Source: a virus (taxonomy: Duplodnaviria; Caudoviricetes). From it: a stretch of 64,000 nt of DNA. Location of the stretch: positions 1,958 to 65,957 of IMG/VR virus record IMGVR_UViG_2643221942_000002. One strand, 5' to 3'. Below are positions 56,578-64,000 of the stretch, in pieces. Each line of letters begins with the position of its first letter. Position 1 is the first letter of the stretch. The notes beneath the pieces were generated by a model, which worked only from the letters and a program-made list of their open reading frames with translations, was not told where the DNA came from and ran no database searches. Made by a program: the position numbers and the translations under genes.

Positions 56578-56753
56578 GCCGCGTGCCCTCCACCGTTTGG
56601 ATCGATAGGAGAGGGCTGGCAGGACTTGGCAACAAGCTTGGGTTTGCTGTTATGAATGACGACCAGACAGCCCGTGGCGAGCTGCAACTGTTCGATCAGT
56701 TTGCGATTGCTGACGCATGCCGGATGGACATGCAAGGTTGCGGTGGTATGCAT
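56574..56753 (-). CDS. Small hypothetical protein
   Basis: GAGG RBS; first gene of the leftward operon. Confidence 0.5.
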   Translation of the reverse strand: MHTTATLHVHPACVSNRKLIEQLQLATGCLVVIHNSKPKLVAKSCQPSPIDPNGGGHAA

Positions 56754-56830
56754 TGGTGTTGCCTCGCTCTGTGGTAAAGAGTGAGGCAAATATCACGCAA
56801 TGTGCTTGTTTGTGTCAACACATAGTGTGA

Positions 56831-57580
56831 TTAAAATAGCGCGGCACTGTGTAGAAAACGTGATGACTTCAATATTCCGCCTACGAGATGGATTTCCTCC
56901 ACCTCTTGTTCTGCAATGTGAAGAGTTTCGTGATCGGTATTGACGCTATCCAACCGGTACATTCCGTCTCGGAGATAAATAAACTCTCTGATCATCGCTT
57001 TGCCGGAGGACGTTCGAACTATGACCTCGTCACCGCTACTGAAGCGTTTGTTCGGCTCTATAAGAACGAACTCGCCATTTTTTATGCGGGGCATCAGGCT
57101 ATCGCCCATGACTCTTATGCCATAGGCATCTGGGTCATCGCTATGTATGTTTAGGTAGCCGTCACCTTGCCCTGGTGGCGGTTCTACCGTGTCGAAGAAG
57201 CCCTCATTCCCAAGCTGCGCGTTTGATAGCACAGGCACCTTTCCATCCTTGGCCCAGCCTACAAGGCTGCTAACAGGTTGGTCTTTGTCTTTCGATCTTC
57301 CGTAGTCCCTCACAAGACGGTCTTCAGACCGAATCCGACCTTGAATGGCGTCTGAGTACGACTCAACGTCGGAACGATTTTTTCCTGCTACCAGGTCTGG
57401 AAAAGATACTCCCAGTGCTGTCGCTATCTTTTGCAAGTCGTGGAGATTGGGCTGACGAGCCCCTTTCTCGTAATTGCCTATCCGAGACTGGGATTCCCAA
57501 CCGCAAGCGAAAGCAAGGGCTTGTTGGCTCATGCCCTTGGCTTTGCGGTATTGCTTAATACGTTCGCCGAGTGTGTTCAT
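56831..57580 (-). CDS. CI/PrtR-like repressor (HTH + S24)
   Basis: SQSRIGNYE HTH; GDSLMP. The usual catalytic Lys position reads IREF. Confidence 0.88.
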   Translation of the reverse strand: MNTLGERIKQYRKAKGMSQQALAFACGWESQSRIGNYEKGARQPNLHDLQKIATALGVSFPDLVAGKNRSDVESYSDAIQGRIRSEDRLVRDYGRSKDKDQPVSSLVGWAKDGKVPVLSNAQLGNEGFFDTVEPPPGQGDGYLNIHSDDPDAYGIRVMGDSLMPRIKNGEFVLIEPNKRFSSGDEVIVRTSSGKAMIREFIYLRDGMYRLDSVNTDHETLHIAEQEVEEIHLVGGILKSSRFLHSAALF

Positions 57581-57589
57581 GTGCTTTTT

Positions 57590-57655
57590 TTACCACGCTC
57601 TGAAATTATTTATCATCACTTTGCGTGTTGAAATATCTACGATTCGTGATTAAGA
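57590..57655. promoter_or_regulatory. Operators of element 2 (also at 56792-56831)
   Basis: ATCAC-N5-GTGAT-like imperfect palindromes on both sides of the repressor gene. Confidence 0.55.
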
Positions 57656-57680
57656 TGGCTCCGGCTAATTGGAGGGCATC

Positions 57681-57905
57681 ATGAATCTGATCGCTGAACA
57701 TCGAGAGAAAGCTGGGATCAAGCAAAAGGAACTCGTTGTAGCTCTTGGATGGACTCAGGCACGTATAAGCAATTACGAAGCAGGACGTCGAATCGCAGGG
57801 CTTACGGAGTGCAGAGCCATAGTCAGAGCGCTCAATAAGTTAGGAGCGCCGTGCAGTCTTGATGACGTATTTCCTCCGGAAATGGAAGAGTCCCAAGCCG
57901 CATAG
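57681..57905 (+). CDS. Cro-like HTH protein
   Basis: WTQARISNYEAGRR; divergent from the repressor. Confidence 0.85.
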   Translation: MNLIAEHREKAGIKQKELVVALGWTQARISNYEAGRRIAGLTECRAIVRALNKLGAPCSLDDVFPPEMEESQAA

Positions 57906-58224
57906 AAAAAAGGCGACCCAAGGGTCGCCCAGTTTCTCCCAATAGCATCACCACAATGCTATCGGGTCGCGATGTCAGCAGGCGAGCACACCACATGCCG
58001 CCGACTTTCATCGCGTTTCCAAGGCTCGGAAGCCTTGGTGTTGCTGCCGTTCTTACCACAGAGCTGGCAGCTGTTGCGCCAGGGGTGAACAACGGATTGT
58101 TCGCCCCGGCACGGTGCCGGTGTTGGTCTTACGAACCTAGCCGGCTTTGGGCCTCTCCAGACCACGCGGCAAATGTATCACCAACTTCTGTCGCGCGGCA
58201 CTGGCAACTTTTAGGATTAATGCC

Positions 58225-58743
58225 ATGAGCCGTATCGCTCTCAGTTCTCTGGAACGGGCGCAGCGGGAAATCCTGCCGCTCGATTTAGCGCTGTACCACG
58301 CCGCTCGCGATTACCCGGGCGGCGCTGCTGCCATCGCAGCCACGACCGGTCGTAACCCGACCACGCTGCAACATAAACTGTCGCCGACCCACCCGAGCCA
58401 CTCCATAAACATTCAGGAATTCGGCGAGATCCTCGAACTGACCAAGGATCGCCGCATTCTCGATGCGGTGCATGCGCTGGTCGGCGACACGATCTGGCAG
58501 GAGCTGGCCGACACCTATACCAACGACATGCCCGAGACCTTGACCACCGGCATCGCCGAATACTTCCGCCAGGTCGCCGATCTGGCCGAGACCTGGGCCA
58601 AGAGCATCGGCGACGGTGTGGTGACTGATCAGGAACTCGCGGCGATTCGTCTGCAGGTGTTCCGAGGCATTCAAGGGCTACTCGGGTTGTTCAACCGCGC
58701 CACCTACGTCAACCAGACGACGCGAGGTGCCGACCGTGGCTGA
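58225..58743 (+). CDS. Phage regulatory CII family protein
   Basis: YPGGAAAIA..TLQHKLSP..H. Confidence 0.8.
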   Translation: MSRIALSSLERAQREILPLDLALYHAARDYPGGAAAIAATTGRNPTTLQHKLSPTHPSHSINIQEFGEILELTKDRRILDAVHALVGDTIWQELADTYTNDMPETLTTGIAEYFRQVADLAETWAKSIGDGVVTDQELAAIRLQVFRGIQGLLGLFNRATYVNQTTRGADRG

Positions 58744-58960
58744 CATCGCCGATTTCGCTAATGATCTGGTGCAGGAACGCATCGATCAGGCCATGGCCGC
58801 GCGTAGCGCTGCCAAAGCAGAAAGCGCTGCCCATTCCTTGCTGTTCTGTGAGGCTTGTGACGATCCGATCCCGGAAGCACGCCGCCTGGCTCAACCGGGT
58901 TGCTCGCAATGCATCAGCTGCCAGTCCCTCTCTGAGCGGGGTATTCAGCATGCTCGATGA
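58736..58960 (+). CDS. TraR/DksA C4-type zinc finger protein
   Basis: ADIADFA; CEAC..IPEARR..PGC..CISCQ. Confidence 0.9.
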   Translation: MADIADFANDLVQERIDQAMAARSAAKAESAAHSLLFCEACDDPIPEARRLAQPGCSQCISCQSLSERGIQHAR

Positions 58961-61169
58961 GGTATTGGGCCAATTCGCCGATTACGGTCTGGAGCCAGCG
59001 CAACCGCTGGTGTTCGGCAAGCTGACCCGCTGCAAGACATCGCAGGACAAGGGCAAGGAAAAGAACGGCTGGTACGTGGTCCACGAGCAGCGCACGGAGA
59101 AGGGCGACACCCTGATCTTCGGCGCTTTCGGTGACTGGCGCTCGGGTGAGACGCAGAAGATCAAGGTCAAGGCCGGGCGCATGTCGCTGGAAGAGCGCGA
59201 AGTGATGCGCGCTCGCCAGGAAGAAGCCAAGCGCCGCGCCGCCGAAATCGCGAGAAACGCTGCGCGGCGGGCCGCGAAAAGGGCGCAGGGTTTGTTCGAG
59301 CGCATGCCGACCACCGGCCGCAGCGAATACCTGGACCGCAAGCAGATCGTTGGCATCAAGGTGCGTTACGCGCCGCGCACCGGTGCGGTACTGGTGCCGA
59401 TGAACAATGCCCGTGATCAGATCATGGGCCTTCAGGTGATCTTCCCAAAAAAGCAGGAAGACACCGGCCGCGACAAATCCTACTGGCCTTACGGGATGGC
59501 GAAGGAGGGCACTTTCCACCTGCTCGGTCCGCACCCAGTACCGGGCGAACCGGTGCTGGTCTGTGAGGGTTACGCCACCGGCGCCAGCCTGCACATGGCG
59601 ACGTCGCTCGCTGTGGCGGTGGCCTTCGATGCGGGCAACCTGCTGGCCGTGTGCAAGGTCATGCGCGAGCGCTTTGCGGGCTGCCCGCTGATCATCTGCC
59701 GCGATGATGACTGGAAGACCATCAAGCCCAACGGCGATGCATGGAACCCGGGCGAGGAGAAGGCCAGCAACGCCGCGCTGATCGTCGGTGCCCAGGTCGT
59801 TGCGCCGATCTTCTCGGTCGAGCGTCACGACAAGTGGACCGACTTCAACGACCTGCACGTCGCCGAAGGTTTGGACGCGGTTCGCCGACAAGTGCTCGCC
59901 GTGGTCCGCCCACCCGCTGCCGGTGGCTGGAAAGATCAGCTGGCCCGCAGCGAGAGCGGCGCCCTGATCGCGCACATGCAGAACGTCGAATTGATCCTCG
60001 CTCACGACGAACGCTGGGCCGGGGTGATCAGCTACTGCGCCTTCAGCTCGAAGATCGTCAAGTTGCGTGCCGCGCCTTATGGCGGTGGCACCGGCGAGTG
60101 GGCCGACATTGACGACGTGCGTGTGATGAAGTGGCTTGCACAGCAGTACAACCTGCGCGTGAAGTCATCGCACGTAATTGAGGCAGTGAGTGTAGTTGCT
60201 CACGACCACGCGTTTCACCCGGTGCGTGAGTACCTGAAAACGCTGGAATGGGATCGCGTGCCGCGCCTGGAGCGTTGGCTGACGGATGTCATGGGGGTGA
60301 AGACAACTGACTACACGTCCAAGGTCGGCAAGCGCTGGATGATCTCGGCCGTGGCGCGGGTGATGAAGCCGGGCTGCAAGGCGGACTCGGTAATGATCCT
60401 CGAAGGCGTACAAGGCGCCGGTAAGTCGACCGCCATGAGTGTGCTCGGCGGCGAGTGGTTCATGGACACGCCGTTTGCACTCGGCGACAAGGACGGCTTT
60501 CAGGCGATTCGTGGCAAGTGGATCGTCGAGCTGGGCGAACTGGACAGCTTCAACAAGGCTGAAAGCACCAAGGCCAAGCAGTTCTTCTCAGCGTCGACCG
60601 ACACCTACCGCGAAAGCTATGGCCGCAGAACCCTGGACGTGCCACGCCAGTGTGTTTTCGTCGGTACCACCAACCAGGACGAGTACCTCAAGGACGCCAC
60701 CGGCAACCGACGTTATTGGCCGGTGGCCTGTACCAAGGTCGACGTGGCGTTGCTGCGCGAGATCCGCGATCAGCTGTGGGCTGAAGCGATGTTCTGCTTT
60801 GAGGCCGGCGACCTCTGGTGGGTGACGCGAGAGGAAGCGCCAATGTTCAGCGAGGAGCAGGACGAACGCTTTGTGGTGGACGAATGGGAAACGCCCATCC
60901 TGACCTGGCTTGAAGAGTCGCAGATCGGCGAGACCACCACCGGCAGTGAAGTGATGAGTCAGGCGCTCAAGCTCGATCCGGGTCACTGGGGTAAACCGGA
61001 GCAGATGCGTGTGGGAGCAATCCTCCATCGACTGGGCTGGCGACGGTTCCGTCTGGGCGCTTTGAGCAAGAGCGGTCAGCGGCCATGGGCGTACAAGAAA
61101 CCGGAGGGTTGGGGCAGGGCGCCTGCGCTGGAACAACCTGAGTTCGAGGAGCCGTGCTTCGATGATTAA
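58950..61169 (+). CDS. TOPRIM primase fused to VapE-like helicase
   Basis: EGYATG, DDD, DFNDL; GVQGAGKST; GTTN..LKD.TGNRRYWP. Confidence 0.9.
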   Translation: MLDEVLGQFADYGLEPAQPLVFGKLTRCKTSQDKGKEKNGWYVVHEQRTEKGDTLIFGAFGDWRSGETQKIKVKAGRMSLEEREVMRARQEEAKRRAAEIARNAARRAAKRAQGLFERMPTTGRSEYLDRKQIVGIKVRYAPRTGAVLVPMNNARDQIMGLQVIFPKKQEDTGRDKSYWPYGMAKEGTFHLLGPHPVPGEPVLVCEGYATGASLHMATSLAVAVAFDAGNLLAVCKVMRERFAGCPLIICRDDDWKTIKPNGDAWNPGEEKASNAALIVGAQVVAPIFSVERHDKWTDFNDLHVAEGLDAVRRQVLAVVRPPAAGGWKDQLARSESGALIAHMQNVELILAHDERWAGVISYCAFSSKIVKLRAAPYGGGTGEWADIDDVRVMKWLAQQYNLRVKSSHVIEAVSVVAHDHAFHPVREYLKTLEWDRVPRLERWLTDVMGVKTTDYTSKVGKRWMISAVARVMKPGCKADSVMILEGVQGAGKSTAMSVLGGEWFMDTPFALGDKDGFQAIRGKWIVELGELDSFNKAESTKAKQFFSASTDTYRESYGRRTLDVPRQCVFVGTTNQDEYLKDATGNRRYWPVACTKVDVALLREIRDQLWAEAMFCFEAGDLWWVTREEAPMFSEEQDERFVVDEWETPILTWLEESQIGETTTGSEVMSQALKLDPGHWGKPEQMRVGAILHRLGWRRFRLGALSKSGQRPWAYKKPEGWGRAPALEQPEFEEPCFDD

Positions 61170-61521
61170 GGCAATCGATATGGCCCTCAAGCAATGGGCG
61201 CAGGAACTGCACAGCGACGAGGTGGCCGCTGGTTATTCGGGCGGCAACATGGTCGCCATGATGATGGAGAGCGGTGGTCAGCTCGTGCGCGGCAGGCGCG
61301 GGAGCAGGGTGCCGCTGGAAGCCTCTCTGGACATCGAGCGCATCGTCAAGAAACGCCTCGATCCTGAGCTGATGACAGTGGTGCAGGTGCATTACTTCCA
61401 GCCTCATGCGCCTTTGACTGCGCGTCTGGCTCAGAGTGGCTGCACACGCAACCTTTACTACCAGCGCCTGCATGACGCTCACATCGTGGTCGAGCACTTC
61501 CTCCTGGGGGAGGCGGCTTGA
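61162..61521 (+). CDS. PA0613-like putative late regulator
   Basis: IDMALKQWA; C-terminal YYQRLHDAH HTH-like segment; precedes the holin. Confidence 0.55.
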   Translation: MIKAIDMALKQWAQELHSDEVAAGYSGGNMVAMMMESGGQLVRGRRGSRVPLEASLDIERIVKKRLDPELMTVVQVHYFQPHAPLTARLAQSGCTRNLYYQRLHDAHIVVEHFLLGEAA

Positions 61522-61547
61522 TCGTGGGCATTCCTATGGCTCACGCC

Positions 61548-61824
61548 GTCCCACCGGCCTGCATCCGTCCCACCGCTTTTTGCGGTGGTGGGACGGGCGC
61601 AGGCCGCGTCATTGCTGGGCTGTCCCACCGTCCCACCTTTTTCATGCATCCCGCCCGTGTATGCGTAGCGGGCATCAATGCGCGTGTTCACGCGCACGCG
61701 TGTTTTTAAATATTCTCTCTATACACGAGAAAGGAGAGTTAAAAGTAGGACGGTGGGGCAAGGCCCCAATCTGCGGGGCTTTCAGACGTCCCACCTAGTT
61801 TTAGAGAGGTGGGACGCATGGGAC
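61548..61824. repeat. Iteron cluster, putative replication origin
   Basis: At least seven GTCCCACC/GGTGGGAC copies in both orientations around an AT-rich core. Confidence 0.7.
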
Positions 61825-62050
61825 GCCAGAAAGCAAAAGACAGCCGGGTTGAGATATTCACCGACATTCGCCAGCCGTTCACCGGACGTAAGCCACACAT
61901 TCACCGGATGGCATTAAAACGGTCTTGCTGCCACCAGAATCGACCTGTAAAAAGGGGCCATCTTCGATGGGTGCGACCGCAAAGCGCGGCAGGCAACCCA
62001 CCACCTGACCCGGCCAATGCGCCGGGTCTTTTTGTTTAAGGGGTAGGGCA

Positions 62051-62383
62051 ATGACGAACGAGCAACAGGCACTGGCAGAGATGCCGATCTGGTTGGTGAT
62101 TGCCCTGTCATTGGTTGGTGGTGTGTCTGGCGAGATGTGGCGCGCCGACAAGGACGGGGCGCGAGGCTGGGCCTTACTGCGCCGCCTCGCACTTCGATCC
62201 GGTGCCTGCATCGTCTGCGGCGTGTCAGCGATGATGTTGCTGTTCGGTGCAGGCCTGTCGATCTGGACAGCGGGCGCCCTGGGTTGCCTGACCGCAATGG
62301 CCGGCGCGGATGTCGCCATCGGCTTGTACGAACGCTGGGTCGCCAAGCGGCTGGACCTGAGTGAGGCCGAGCCGAAGGCATGA
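62051..62383 (+). CDS. Phage holin family protein
   Basis: About 3 TM segments; GGVSGEMWRADK, tailocin-type holin. Confidence 0.85.
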   Translation: MTNEQQALAEMPIWLVIALSLVGGVSGEMWRADKDGARGWALLRRLALRSGACIVCGVSAMMLLFGAGLSIWTAGALGCLTAMAGADVAIGLYERWVAKRLDLSEAEPKA

Positions 62384-62416
62384 ACCGGGCAGGCCGGATG
62401 GGGCGCCGATTTTTAC

Positions 62417-62463
62417 GGGTCCTCCCCAAGGGCCGCCCCCTACACGGGTTATCGAACTCGCGG
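62417..62463 (+). other. Lambda-like cos site 1 (cosQ + cosN)
   Basis: GGGTCCT, then 23 nt, then GGTTATCGAACT flanked by ACG and CGCGG; same layout and spacing as lambda. Confidence 0.75.
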
Positions 62464-62521
62464 ATTCTCTCTAGCTGAAACCATTGCAGGGATGTCCGTC
62501 TTTCCAAGTGGAAGACGGGTC

Positions 62522-62722
62522 TCAGCACTGATAACGATCACGGATGTGCTGGTTGTAGTAAGCGCCTTTGGACACCGCGGCCATCAAGCCATTGTGGATG
62601 GCCGATGGAACTCCGCAGAAATCGTAAGAGTGACCCTGTTCAAAGCGGATCCTCATTCGTCTCGTTGCTGGGTCATAGCCAACGGCGGTCATCGCACTGG
62701 AACGCACGGCAATCATTTCCAT
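62522..62722 (-). CDS. KTSC domain protein
   Basis: VRSS....VGYD......IRF..G..Y....VP......LM.A.SKG.YYN..IR. Confidence 0.85.
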   Translation of the reverse strand: MEMIAVRSSAMTAVGYDPATRRMRIRFEQGHSYDFCGVPSAIHNGLMAAVSKGAYYNQHIRDRYQC

Positions 62723-62804
62723 AACAGCTCTCCCTCTGACGGATCGTCCACTGATGCTAGTCGAGCGAGGTGGATCTGCAGCCCAGGCCACCGAAAAGTC
62801 GCCG

Positions 62805-62935
62805 GGGACCCCGAGGACTTTCGAAGGACACGGGGTCGGAAACCCGCGGGATCTTGTTAGTGGGAGGCTCGCTAGGTTACTGAAATTTCAATCACTGAAA
62901 TCTTGAAAGGATTCATTGAAAAGCCACTGAAAAGG
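62805..62935 (+). other. cos-like site 2 with cosB-like repeats
   Basis: GGGACCC, then ACACG-GGGTCGGAAACC-CGCGG, then five (C/T)TGAAA repeats before terS. Confidence 0.6.
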
Positions 62936-62942
62936 AGGGCTT

Positions 62943-63542
62943 ATGAGCACAGCTGAATACCTGTCAAAGAGCGCCTTCGCTGCGCATATCGGCCGATCAC
63001 CGAGCTACATCACCTGGCTGAAAGAGAACGGCCGACTGGTCCTGTCGCCCAATGGCAAGCAGGTGGACGTGCTTGCCACTGAAGCGTTGATCCGCGAGAC
63101 TGCCGACCCGAGCAAGGCTGCCGTCGCTGCTCGCCACCAACAGGAACGGCTTCAGCGTGATGTGTACAGTCACGTCGCAGCCCAATCCGAGCCGACTAAT
63201 ATGGCTGCGCCGCCGCCCGCTGATCCCGCCCACGGGCAGACTTCGGATTTTCAGAAAGCGCGGGCGCATCGCGAGCATTACCTTGCGCGGATGGCGGAAA
63301 TGGAGTTTCGCAAGGCCCAGGGCGAGCTGGTCGAGATCAGCTTCGTTCAGAAAGCCGCGTATGAAACGGCATGTTCGCTCAATCAATCATTGATGAGCCT
63401 GTCGCCTCAATTGGCCCCGCAGCTCGCTGCGCTGTCGGATACGTGGGAGGTAGAGAGGCAGCTGACCGCTGCGCTTCGCCAACGACTCCACGAAGCGGCT
63501 CAAGTGTCGAGTGACGACTTTGGATTCGCTTTGAGCGAGTGA
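62943..63542 (+). CDS. Terminase small subunit (Nu1-like)
   Basis: N-terminal wHTH (LSKSAFAAHIGRSPSYI); ARA.RE.Y.A.....E.....GELV. Confidence 0.82.
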   Translation: MSTAEYLSKSAFAAHIGRSPSYITWLKENGRLVLSPNGKQVDVLATEALIRETADPSKAAVAARHQQERLQRDVYSHVAAQSEPTNMAAPPPADPAHGQTSDFQKARAHREHYLARMAEMEFRKAQGELVEISFVQKAAYETACSLNQSLMSLSPQLAPQLAALSDTWEVERQLTAALRQRLHEAAQVSSDDFGFALSE

Positions 63543-64000
63543 CTGAATCACGCCGAGCCTTGCCGGCAGATTGAGCCGGTAGAGAGCGCTGCGCATTGGC
63601 GTACCAGGCCGAGGTGCCTGGATGCACGACTTTATCCCTGTAAGCGGGGGGCGGCAGCAGGTCGCGGAGTTATACGCCTTTTATGCGAATAGACACATCT
63701 GACGTTCGAGCAGCTTAGACGAATCGAGCACATGGATATCTGATCGAGAGTTGACGCATTTCTGCACCGGAAAGCGTGCTTTAATTTTTTCGAGATGCGG
63801 AACCGCCTTTTCGGCTCAGTTAGTTTGACCTGATCATTTTCACCCTTGAGGAACTTCAGCGAATTGCTGACGGTGGGGCAGAAGGATTAGCGCACCTCAG
63901 TGATGGTAACGAGCAGTTCATTGCAGTGGATGAGTATGAGTAGGTGCATCTGGCCAGCGTGTAATCCATTGATCAATCGGACCAGCTGCCAACTGCGCAT

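Larger units (their letters stand above)
53358..63542. mobile_element. Element 2: satellite-like or defective cos-type prophage; right end not seen
   Basis: int, xis, immunity, primase/VapE, holin, cos, terS; no terL after terS. Confidence 0.8.

Noticed and set aside
63543-64000. Start of a terminase large subunit
   Set aside because: No ORF of 60 aa or more starts here on the + strand, and no GpA-like N-terminus is recognisable

Overview
The window is Pseudomonas (fluorescens-group-like) DNA made of two tandem temperate elements. Element 1 (1 to ~53357) is a nearly complete lambdoid siphovirus prophage whose integrase end lies outside the window. It runs through a leftward early region (Bet/YqaJ recombination, PAPS-reductase-family and DUF4406 genes, low-GC membrane-protein morons), cI/cro/cII, Rha-KilAC, replication, NinB/NinG and a Q-like gene. 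Its late region holds a Com + LlpA lectin-like bacteriocin cassette, a split lysis system with two spanin pairs, head genes, a lambda-type tail, endolysin and SRAP. Its right end carries three different tRNA-derived att-like cores in a row (Val-GAC, Pro-GGG, 3' part of Leu-TAA). Element 2 (~53358 to >63542) has integrase, xis, PrtN, repressor/cro/cII, TraR, a primase-VapE helicase, an iteron origin, a holin, two lambda-like cos sites flanking a KTSC gene, and a small terminase with no large terminase behind it. It is a candidate dual-cos satellite or a defective prophage. Family names were assigned by eye from motifs and synteny; no searches were run.
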